The position numbers and the translations under genes are program-made. From assembly GCA_964014485.1 (NCBI GenBank), contig CAXHAT010000195.1:1-14823 (forward strand): 14,823 nt of DNA, read 5' to 3'. This document shows positions 7,669 to 14,823 of this stretch, piece by piece. This DNA comes from an uncultured Deferribacteres bacterium. Its GTDB lineage: Bacteria > Zhuqueibacterota > Zhuqueibacteria > Zhuqueibacterales > Geothermadaptataceae. Each line of letters starts with the position of its first letter. Positions within the stretch are counted from its first letter, which is position 1. The notes below the pieces were generated by a model. That model was not told the DNA's origin, made no database searches, and saw only the letters and a list, made by a program, of their open reading frames with translations.

Positions 7669-8832
7669 TCAGCGTCCCTCATCGACTTTTCCGAAGAAAA
7701 ACGTCAGCGCGTCATCCAGGTAAGAGCGCCAGAAACCGTAGCTATGGCCTTCCGGATATTCGGCGTATTCATAATCGTACCGCTTCGTTTTGAGAACCGG
7801 CACGAAACGTTCGACGCTTTCGTGAATCGCGGACAGGTGATCATAAACGCCGTGATTCATGTAAATGCGTAAATTGAGTTTTGGCGACTTTTCAAAAAAA
7901 GCCTGAATATCACTTTCGACATAACTGGAAAAAGCCCCAATATTGCCGAAAATCTCCGGATGTTTCATACCTTGCCAGAGCGAAATATTGCCGCCATACG
8001 ACGAACCGATTACAGCGCGTTGAGCCGGATCAGCGGAAACACGGAATTTCTCTTCAGCCCAAGGAACGACTTCTTCAACGATGAATCTGGTAAACGCTCC
8101 TTGTTTATTTGTGACATACTCGGGGGTGCGCTTGACCGGCGGTACAAAAACGGCAATCACCGACGGAATGCGCTTTTCATAAATCAAGAAATCAAGCACG
8201 TTGTTCATTTTCGCCAGAGAAATGTACTCCGGGCCGTCATGGACAAGAACGAGCGGATAGTTTTCCGACGATTGCGCATAATTCGGCGGCAGGTAAATTT
8301 TTACCGGGCGAGAATTATTGAGATTCGCGCTAGTGAAAGTCGTGTCTATGATCATGCCGTGCGGAATTTCCGGTAAATACTCAATTTCGGGTGGCGAGGC
8401 ATACTCAGGCATGCGCAACTCCGAATTTTCGCCCATGCCGCTTGGCGCTCTGTGAGGATTGCGCGGATCAAGAATCCAATTCTTTTCGTCAATGACGAGC
8501 TTATAATCCAGCCTGGCTGCGTTGTGAAAAACTTCCGTGCGATACCAAAAATCCGTCCCGGCGATGTTGGTCATCGGTGCATTCGCCGGATTCCAGCCGC
8601 TGAAATCGCCGCCAATTCCGAGCTTGCTCCCTTGGCCGCTGTAGATAAAATGCGCCAGCGTATCTTCAGCGAGCGGGGAAGCGTTTACGCTCTGCATGAA
8701 CAGGTCGACCTTGGCTTGCCTCGCATCCTCAGACGCGGCACGAAGCTTTTGTAAAAAATCGTCGAAGGTTTGTGCATGGATGCTCGTCGCAGCGAAAAGC
8801 GTATAGATCAACAATTGTCTTTTGAAAATCAT
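7669..8832 (-). CDS. Secreted alpha/beta-hydrolase esterase (Fes/IroD-like) with N-terminal E-set/CBM48-like domain
   Basis: Signal peptide MIFKRQLLIYTLFAATSIHA; GGDFSGWNP...YKLVID...WILDPRNP (E-set); IYLPPNY, HDG, nucleophile elbow GSSYGG, catalytic His region EGHSYGFW. Confidence 0.88.
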   Translation of the reverse strand: MIFKRQLLIYTLFAATSIHAQTFDDFLQKLRAASEDARQAKVDLFMQSVNASPLAEDTLAHFIYSGQGSKLGIGGDFSGWNPANAPMTNIAGTDFWYRTEVFHNAARLDYKLVIDEKNWILDPRNPHRAPSGMGENSELRMPEYASPPEIEYLPEIPHGMIIDTTFTSANLNNSRPVKIYLPPNYAQSSENYPLVLVHDGPEYISLAKMNNVLDFLIYEKRIPSVIAVFVPPVKRTPEYVTNKQGAFTRFIVEEVVPWAEEKFRVSADPAQRAVIGSSYGGNISLWQGMKHPEIFGNIGAFSSYVESDIQAFFEKSPKLNLRIYMNHGVYDHLSAIHESVERFVPVLKTKRYDYEYAEYPEGHSYGFWRSYLDDALTFFFGKVDEGR

Positions 8833-9355
8833 GACAGCTTCTTTAGATAGAGGGTTGGGGGCATTTTTCCATTTCGGGCTTGAGAACTACCGAATTCTGA
8901 TATAAACAAAGGGGCACTTTCCACTTTTTCCAAATTCTTAATTCTTCCAATTCTGGTCTTCATCACTGATTGGCTGACCATCACATGTTCCAGGATAGAT
9001 CCGCCCTCTCTATGTAGCAAAAATGATCTTTTATTCCAAACAAACAAGGCTCTGTCGTTAACCTTGTTTAACGCAAAAAAGACGACGTTTGCGGTTTCTC
9101 CCGTACCCGGGTAATCGTAAAGTTTTGATTTGCCAGAGCTTCACACTCTGCCTTTTACGCCTACAACCTTCATGACTGGATCGTGAAAAAAGCACCCGCT
9201 GAAATCGGAACTGGCTCCGCCCAACAAATCCCCGTTCGGATAATGACAAAACTGGAAATCCAATCCGCGTCAACTTTACCATATTTTGGGGGAAATCTAT
9301 GTTTGGGAATAAGAAAATGGGGGATGGTCTTTACAACCTCTTTCGGAAAGGAAAG

Positions 9356-9439
9356 TACCGGGGGCGGGACTCGAACCCGCACGGACCGAAGCCCACTGGA
9401 TTTTGAATCCAGCGCGTCTACCAATTTCACCACCCCGGC
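9356..9439 (-). tRNA. tRNA-Leu(CAA), CCA end not encoded
   Basis: Minus strand: GCCGGGG acceptor stem pairing with CCCCGGT-A, D loop with GGTA, anticodon arm CTGGA-TTCAAAA-TCCAG, long variable arm, T arm GCGGG-TTCGAGT-CCCGC. Confidence 0.97.
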
Positions 9440-9459
9440 GTTTGCTGAAAAGCGGGGTG

Positions 9460-9488
9460 AATATAACCCAAGCCGTATAAAAAGTCAA
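9460..9488 (-). promoter_or_regulatory. Sigma70-type promoter for tRNA-Leu
   Basis: Minus strand TTGACT (9488..9483), 17-nt spacer, TATATT (9465..9460), then a GC-rich discriminator-like CACCCCGC; the -10 box ends 20 nt before the tRNA 5' end. Confidence 0.75.
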
Positions 9489-9600
9489 GCATCTTTATAG
9501 AGTTGGCGAAGAAGGAAACATCTCACCATTTTTTATTGCATCTTAAACGCGCTTTTAAGATATTCCACGCTTTTAATCCTTGAATTTCACGGCTTTACGT

Positions 9601-10128
9601 ATGGCCTTGCCCGGCGAGCTTGAACACGCGCTTCTCTTTAACGCCGTTACTTTCCAAAAGCATATCAGCCAAGAAGAACTTCATTTGACGGCAATTGCGC
9701 CCTTCGGCGATGTATGTTTGCGTTCCCCCGATTTCCAGTTTTCATACTCTCAGTATTACGCTCCGGAAATGGGCGACGCTCTTGTAAAAACTTTTGTCGT
9801 GTACAGATCTTTTTTCAATGTTGAAGATGCTGTAAACGCCAAGTTGAAAGCAATCGAAATTGAGCAGCAAAACGCCGTTGACGGCAAACGAACGATTAAC
9901 ATTGATCCCGGCTATCTTACCCTTGCAAAATTGGTCTTAATGACGACGAAAAATTATGACCATCGCGTTCACGTAGGCAAAGGAATTTATGGCGACGTGC
10001 AATTGAGATATAGAAAGGGCGCCCTTCACAGCAATCCCTGGACGTATCCAGACTATAAAGATGACAGGAGTTTAGCGTTTCTCATTGAAGCGCGATCTTA
10101 TTTACACAAGCTGGTCAAAGGACTATGA
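9601..10128 (+). CDS. DUF4416 family protein
   Basis: YYAPEMG and RTINIDPGYL...LVLMTTKNYDHRVHVGKGIY...PWTYPDY motifs. ATG 9601 preferred over TTG 9580. The stop overlaps the purM start (ATGA). Confidence 0.85.
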   Translation: MALPGELEHALLFNAVTFQKHISQEELHLTAIAPFGDVCLRSPDFQFSYSQYYAPEMGDALVKTFVVYRSFFNVEDAVNAKLKAIEIEQQNAVDGKRTINIDPGYLTLAKLVLMTTKNYDHRVHVGKGIYGDVQLRYRKGALHSNPWTYPDYKDDRSLAFLIEARSYLHKLVKGL

Positions 10129-11132
10129 AACTGACCTACAAAATCGCAGGGGTGGATATTGACGCCGCCGACGCCGCCGTCAAGAAGATCGCCGAACTCG
10201 CCAAGTCGACGCATCGCAAGGGCGTGCTTGGCAATATCGGATTATTTGGCGCTTTTTTCGAAATTGATACTGAAAAATATAAACGTCCAGTCCTGGTTTC
10301 CAGCGTTGACGGCGTTGGCACAAAAATCAAGATTGCTTGCGCGATGGATCAATATCGCGGCATTGGCCAGGACTTGGTCAACCATTGCGTCAATGACATT
10401 ATGTGTTGCGGTGCAGAACCGCTCTATTTTCTGGATTACCTTTCTCTCGGCAAGGTGGAAGGCAAAGCGGTGCTCGAACTGGGCGAAGGCTTGACTGAAG
10501 CGTGCAAACATAACAAATGCGCACTCATCGGCGGCGAAACGGCGGAAATGCCCGACATTTACGAGCCGGGCGAATTTGACATTGCAGGCACAATTGTCGG
10601 GATCGTAGAGCGCGAAAACGTCATCGACGGTTCGCGTATTGTGGCGGGCGACGTTATTCTTGGGCTTGAAAGCAACGGCTTGCACACTAACGGCTACTCT
10701 CTCGCGCGAAAAATCGTCGAACTCTCCTCGGAAACCGGTTACCACACGTATTATGATGAACTTGGGACGACCATCGGCGGTGCGCTGCTGGCGGTTCATC
10801 GTTCGTATGCCGACGTGATGGCCGCATTGAAAGGATTGGAAGGCGTGCATGGCTTTGCTCACATCACAGGCGGCGGCGTGGTTGACAACACCAAGCGTTT
10901 GCTTGGAGACGGCCTTGTGTTGGAGATAGATTGGGACTCTTGGGAATGGCCGAATATTTTTCAACTTTTGCAGCGGTTGGGAGATATTGAAACGCTTGAG
11001 ATGCGGAAGACTTTTAATCTTGGCGTTGGGCTTGCGGTCATTGTTTCTCGCAATCATGAAGAGCAAGTCATCGCGGCATTGAACAAGATGAATGAAAAAT
11101 CCTGGCGGATCGGCGAAATTGCCGCCGCTTGA
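10125..11132 (+). CDS. purM: Phosphoribosylformylglycinamidine cyclo-ligase (AIR synthetase)
   Basis: YKIAGVDI, DGVGTK, GQDLVNHCVND, LIGGETAEMP, SNGLHTNGYSL, AHITGGG and TFNLGVG motifs. Confidence 0.98.
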   Translation: MKLTYKIAGVDIDAADAAVKKIAELAKSTHRKGVLGNIGLFGAFFEIDTEKYKRPVLVSSVDGVGTKIKIACAMDQYRGIGQDLVNHCVNDIMCCGAEPLYFLDYLSLGKVEGKAVLELGEGLTEACKHNKCALIGGETAEMPDIYEPGEFDIAGTIVGIVERENVIDGSRIVAGDVILGLESNGLHTNGYSLARKIVELSSETGYHTYYDELGTTIGGALLAVHRSYADVMAALKGLEGVHGFAHITGGGVVDNTKRLLGDGLVLEIDWDSWEWPNIFQLLQRLGDIETLEMRKTFNLGVGLAVIVSRNHEEQVIAALNKMNEKSWRIGEIAAA

Positions 11133-11149
11133 ACGATAGGAGAAAATAG

Positions 11150-12160
11150 ATGGCGCGAGTCGCGGTCATCGGAAGTGGAAGTTGGGGCACGGCGCTGGCG
11201 CTCGTTTTGGCGCAAAATGAACATGCCGTCACCTTATTCGGCAGGAACGCAGCAGCCATTGAGGCTATGCGCGCTTCCCGCATCAATTCCAAATACCTGC
11301 CCGGCGCCGAAATCCCCGAAGCCGTGACGTTCTCATCGGATCTGCGTCAAGCCGTTGACGATTGCGAATTCATTATTATGGCCGTGCCGTCACATGGATT
11401 TCGCGCAACGCTTGGCAAGCTCAAAAAAGAGTTTAAGGGCGACAAACTGCGCATTGTCAACGTTGCAAAAGGCCTTGAAACAAAAACGCTCTTGCGCATG
11501 GAAGAAGTCGCTGAAGAAGTGTTGCATGATTGCAATTTTGAATACGTTATGCTAGGCGGGCCAAGCCATGCTGAAGAAGTCTCTCGCGGCATTCCGTCTA
11601 CCGTGGTTGCCGTTTCCCACCAGGAACATGTTGCTCGTGCCGTGCAAAAATTATTTATGACTCCGACGTTTCGCGTCTATTCGCACTCCGACGTTATCGG
11701 CGCCGAAATTGGCTCCGCAACGAAAAACGTCATCGCATTAGCGGCTGGCATTTGTGACGGCGTCGGCTTCGGCGACAACACAAAGGCGGCGTTGATCACC
11801 CGCGGCTTAAGCGAAATTTCACGTCTTGGCGTCGCTTTGAAGGCAGACCCGGTCACGTTTTCGGGGCTTACTGGAATGGGCGATCTTATCGTCACTTGCA
11901 TGAGCCAGCACAGTCGAAATCGGTACGTCGGCGAGCAAATCGGGCGCGGGAAAACGCTTGATCAGATTCTCTCAGAAATGCAGATGGTGGCGGAGGGCGT
12001 TCGTACCACTGAAGCCGCGTATAATCTTTCCCGAAAGCACAATGTCGAAATGCCGATCATCGACCAGGTGTACGCCGTACTTTTTCAACAGAAAAACCCG
12101 CGAGATGCGGTCAAAGCGCTGATGACGCGCGAAGCAAAAGCCGAGAATTGGGGGCCGTAA
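11150..12160 (+). CDS. gpsA: NAD(P)H-dependent glycerol-3-phosphate dehydrogenase
   Basis: GSGSWGTALA Rossmann motif, GPSHAEEV, KNVIALAAG, GDNTKAALITRG, GDLIVTC.S.HSRN, VAEG; SD-like AGGAG upstream. Confidence 0.98.
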   Translation: MARVAVIGSGSWGTALALVLAQNEHAVTLFGRNAAAIEAMRASRINSKYLPGAEIPEAVTFSSDLRQAVDDCEFIIMAVPSHGFRATLGKLKKEFKGDKLRIVNVAKGLETKTLLRMEEVAEEVLHDCNFEYVMLGGPSHAEEVSRGIPSTVVAVSHQEHVARAVQKLFMTPTFRVYSHSDVIGAEIGSATKNVIALAAGICDGVGFGDNTKAALITRGLSEISRLGVALKADPVTFSGLTGMGDLIVTCMSQHSRNRYVGEQIGRGKTLDQILSEMQMVAEGVRTTEAAYNLSRKHNVEMPIIDQVYAVLFQQKNPRDAVKALMTREAKAENWGP

Positions 12161-12240
12161 GCCGTCAGACGCTCCCCGCGAGCTCCTTTTTACCATAATT
12201 CTTTTCACGAAAACCGGATTCACAACCTCAGGAACAACAA

Positions 12241-13551
12241 ATGGAAACCTTTATCAACAAAGAAAAAATTTATATCGAAGATATCGGTAAACACGCGGAA
12301 CAGGAAGTTTCACTTTACGGCTGGCTTTACAACAAGCGCGGCAAGGGCAAACTCGCCTTTCTCATGCTTCGCGACGGCACCGGCATTATCCAGTGCGTTA
12401 TGAGCTTAAACGACGTTGGCGAAGAGATTTTCGCTCGCGCGCAGGAAGTCACGCAAGAATCGTCCATCGTCGTCACCGGCAAAGTTAACCCGGACAAGCG
12501 GGCGCCCGGCGGTTATGAAATTCATGTCACGAATCTGGAAATCGTCTCTCTGGCGCAGGAATATCCGATTACGCCGAAAGAGCACGGCACCACTTTTTTG
12601 ATGGACAACCGCCACAATTGGCTGCGCTCCAAAAAGCAAAACGCCATCTTGCGCATTCGTCATACCATCGTCAAATCCATCCGCGACTATTTTGACAGCA
12701 ACGGTTTCACCCTCGTCGATGCGCCGGTTTTCACCCCAAACTCTTGCGAAGGTACGTCTACGTTGTTCGAAACGGACTACTTCGACACAAAAGCTTTTCT
12801 CACCCAGAGCGGCCAGCTTTACATGGAAGCAGGCGCCATGGCGTTGGGCAAGGTTTATTGTTTCGGTCCGACTTTTCGTGCTGAAAAATCCAAAACCAGG
12901 CGGCACCTCACCGAATTCTGGATGGTTGAACCGGAAGTGGCTTACATGAATTTAGACGGCGTCATGGATTTGGCCGAAGATTTTATCTGCTACATCGTAG
13001 AGCGGGTACTTGAGAAGCATGAAGAGCAATTCAAAATCATTGAGCGTGACACAAGCAAGCTGGAAACGGTTCTGAAACCATTTCCGCGCATTCATTATGA
13101 CGAAGCGGCGCAAATTCTGAAAGACAACAACTCCGATTTTGTCTACGGCGAAGACTTTGGCGGCGGTCATGAAACGATCATCGCCAACCAGTACGACCGG
13201 CCTGTGATGGTGCATCGCTACCCGGCGGCGGTTAAGGCGTTTTATATGAAAGGCGACCCCGAAGACCCGACGCGCGCGCTCGGCGTGGACGTGCTGGCGC
13301 CGGAAGGTTACGGCGAAATTATCGGCGGCGGCCAGCGGGAAGACGATCTTGACACGCTCATGCGCAAGATCAAAGAGCACGAGCTTCCAGAGGACGATTT
13401 CCAGTGGTACCTCGACGTGCGCCGCTACGGCTCTGTGCCGCACGGCGGGTTCGGTCTCGGCGTTGAACGCACGGTCGCCTGGCTCTGCGGCCTGCCCCAC
13501 GTCCGCGAAACCATCCCGTTCCCGCGCCTGATGCACCGGCTTTACCCATAA
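12241..13551 (+). CDS. asnS: Asparagine--tRNA ligase
   Basis: OB-fold N-terminus (LRDGTG), CEG...[51 protein letters not shown]. Confidence 0.96.
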   Translation: METFINKEKIYIEDIGKHAEQEVSLYGWLYNKRGKGKLAFLMLRDGTGIIQCVMSLNDVGEEIFARAQEVTQESSIVVTGKVNPDKRAPGGYEIHVTNLEIVSLAQEYPITPKEHGTTFLMDNRHNWLRSKKQNAILRIRHTIVKSIRDYFDSNGFTLVDAPVFTPNSCEGTSTLFETDYFDTKAFLTQSGQLYMEAGAMALGKVYCFGPTFRAEKSKTRRHLTEFWMVEPEVAYMNLDGVMDLAEDFICYIVERVLEKHEEQFKIIERDTSKLETVLKPFPRIHYDEAAQILKDNNSDFVYGEDFGGGHETIIANQYDRPVMVHRYPAAVKAFYMKGDPEDPTRALGVDVLAPEGYGEIIGGGQREDDLDTLMRKIKEHELPEDDFQWYLDVRRYGSVPHGGFGLGVERTVAWLCGLPHVRETIPFPRLMHRLYP

Positions 13552-13563
13552 CTCATAAATTGA

Positions 13564-13664
13564 TCATTCTGTAAATCTCGTCATAAAAAGTCATTCTCTC
13601 CTGACGGGATTTACAAGATGAACAGGATAAGATTTTTTATCCAGTCGATCCTGTAAATCCAGTC
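13564..13664. repeat. Three-arm imperfect inverted repeat element (GACRGGATTTACARGAT type) downstream of asnS
   Basis: Central arm 13603..13630 is complementary to 13637..13664 (23/28). Its overlapping part 13602..13621 is complementary to 13564..13583 (17/20). Confidence 0.7.
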
Positions 13665-13678
13665 TAAAAGCTCTTAAA

Positions 13679-13963
13679 ATGCAAGCGAAGCATATTCTCA
13701 TTTTCGGGCGCGTTCAAGGCGTAGGATTCCGGTATTTCACCTACCGGGAAGCGCGTAAATGCGGCGTACACGGCTGGGCGCGCAATCTCGAAGACGGGCG
13801 GACAGTGGAAGTTTTCGCGCAAGGCGAAGCGGAACGGCTGGCGCGTTTCCTGGAGAAAGTGGAAAAAGGCCCGATCTTTTCTAAAGTCCTGGAAGTGAAA
13901 ACCAACGCGGCGCAGCCCGACCAAAATCTGGAAAGCTTTAACATTCGATACGGATGGGAGTAG
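13679..13963 (+). CDS. acyP: Acylphosphatase
   Basis: GRVQGVGFR and [13 protein letters not shown] motifs, 94 aa. Confidence 0.96.
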   Translation: MQAKHILIFGRVQGVGFRYFTYREARKCGVHGWARNLEDGRTVEVFAQGEAERLARFLEKVEKGPIFSKVLEVKTNAAQPDQNLESFNIRYGWE

Positions 13964-13967
13964 AAAA

Positions 13968-14489
13968 ATGAGCAATTTGGCGAAGCACATTCGAACAGTT
14001 CACGATTTCCCCAAGCCTGGAATCGGCTTTAAGGACATCACGACATTGCTGAAAGACGGCGCGGCGTTTAAGGCGTCTCTGGACGAAATGCAGCGACGTT
14101 TCGCGGGCGACGCGGACGTGATTTTGGGCATAGAATCGCGCGGCTTTATTTTCGGCGCGGCGTTGGCCGACCGCATGGGGCTAGGTTTTGTGCCGGCGAG
14201 AAAACCGGGCAAACTGCCGGCAGCCAAAATTCGCGAAGAATACGCGCTGGAATACGGCACGGACGCGCTCGAAATGCACGAAGACGCCCTCGAGCCGGGA
14301 CAACGCGTGCTCATCGTCGACGATCTGCTCGCCACCGGCGGCACGGCGGCGGCAGTGGGTAAATTAGTAAAAAAGCTCAATGCCGAAATTGCGGGCTACT
14401 GCTTCCTCATCGAACTTTCCTTCCTCAACGGCCGCCAAAAACTCGGCGCCAACCGCATCGAAGCTTTAATCACTTACGATTCTGAATAA
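13968..14489 (+). CDS. apt: Adenine phosphoribosyltransferase
   Basis: DFPKPGI.FKDIT.LL, ESRGF, RKPGKLP, YALEYG and PRPP-binding [10 protein letters not shown] motifs; SD-like GGGAG upstream. Confidence 0.98.
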   Translation: MSNLAKHIRTVHDFPKPGIGFKDITTLLKDGAAFKASLDEMQRRFAGDADVILGIESRGFIFGAALADRMGLGFVPARKPGKLPAAKIREEYALEYGTDALEMHEDALEPGQRVLIVDDLLATGGTAAAVGKLVKKLNAEIAGYCFLIELSFLNGRQKLGANRIEALITYDSE

Positions 14490-14666
14490 CTTTTATCAGG
14501 CTGGGTAAATCGTATTGAATTAGTCTATGCTTTCCGCAAAGCGATGTTTGCTTTGGCCTTAAGTTGCAAGTTTTTTGGAGAATTTGAAGTTACAAACAAC
14601 GGGAAATCCTTATCGTAACCTGCAAGATCACAGAGGTTTGCTTTTTGTCTGAGAGGCTGTTTTAAA

Positions 14667-14799
14667 AGTCCCGTAGGGATGCTTGATAATAGCCAGGCGA
14701 TTTATCGCCTGGAACCGATGGTCTCTTATGATTTCAAGTCCCGCCAGGGACGATTGAGGCTGGAAACGCGATAAAATTTCAACCGTCCCTGACGGGACT
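14667..14799. repeat. Cluster of GTCCC/GGGAC hairpins resembling IS200/IS605 (Y1 transposase)-associated end or REP-like elements
   Basis: Hairpins GTCCCGTAGGGAT (14668..14680) and CCAGGCGAT-TT-ATCGCCTGG (14693..14712). A 21-bp inverted repeat 14737..14757 / 14779..14799 (19/21) has arms that each contain their own GTCCC..GGGAC hairpin. Confidence 0.65.
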
Positions 14800-14823
14800 C
14801 GACAAAAAACAAAACGTCATCTT

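Noticed and set aside
9141..9143. In-frame TGA as selenocysteine
   Set aside because: No redox motif context, no convincing SECIS-like hairpin directly downstream, and the frame is not a recognisable protein.
3739..9355. Integrated genomic island at tRNA-Leu
   Set aside because: No integrase and no duplicated tRNA 3' end (att site) were seen in the window.
9170..9500. ORFs 9170..9433, 9183..9500 and 9297..9488
   Set aside because: They overlap the tRNA-Leu gene and its promoter.
10242..11066. 274-aa antisense ORF (and similar shadow ORFs opposite nagB, the haloperoxidase and asnS)
   Set aside because: They lie opposite well-supported genes and have no motifs of their own.
12161..12240. T-box riboswitch or terminator upstream of asnS
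   Set aside because: The 80-bp spacer is too short for a T-box, has no T-box consensus, and holds only a weak 4-bp stem.
13961..13963. Genome-wide TAG reassignment
   Set aside because: acyP ends at TAG at the expected length with apt starting 4 nt later, so TAG acts as a stop here.
14529..14555. Short CAAAGC/GCTTTG hairpin as another REP copy
   Set aside because: Only a 6-bp stem, with no GGAG tetranucleotide and no inverted partner unit.
1..14823. CRISPR array
   Set aside because: No regularly spaced direct repeats with unique spacers were seen; all repeats found are inverted and local.

Overview
Bacterial chromosomal DNA, probably the start of a metagenomic contig: bases 1-45 are a leftover Illumina Nextera adapter. 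The T9SS-type C-terminal domain and the intergenic palindromes suggest an FCB-group lineage (KSB1/Calditrichota-like), but this is a weak inference. Left part: an RluA-family pseudouridine synthase on +, converging with a minus-strand run of genes. In transcription order these are tRNA-Leu(CAA), a secreted E-set/Fes-type esterase, a 64-aa small protein, a secreted vanadium-dependent haloperoxidase-family protein with a T9SS-type tail, a VOC-family protein, a prenyltransferase/squalene-cyclase-repeat-like gene split by one in-frame TAG, and a long NagB + PIG-L/LmbE fusion. Right part: a divergent housekeeping run on + (DUF4416, purM, gpsA, asnS, acylphosphatase, apt). Six intergenic spacers carry palindromic elements of about five kinds: two GGAG-type REP doublets with compensatory changes, a ~216-bp MITE-like element, a perfect 30-bp inverted repeat, a three-arm repeat, and an IS200/IS605-end-like hairpin cluster. 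I found no CRISPR array, intact transposase or clearly novel multi-gene system. The best leads are an apparent nucleotidyltransferase gene remnant in frame with the haloperoxidase start, the amber-split gene, the NagB fusion lacking a catalytic Glu, and the palindromic elements.
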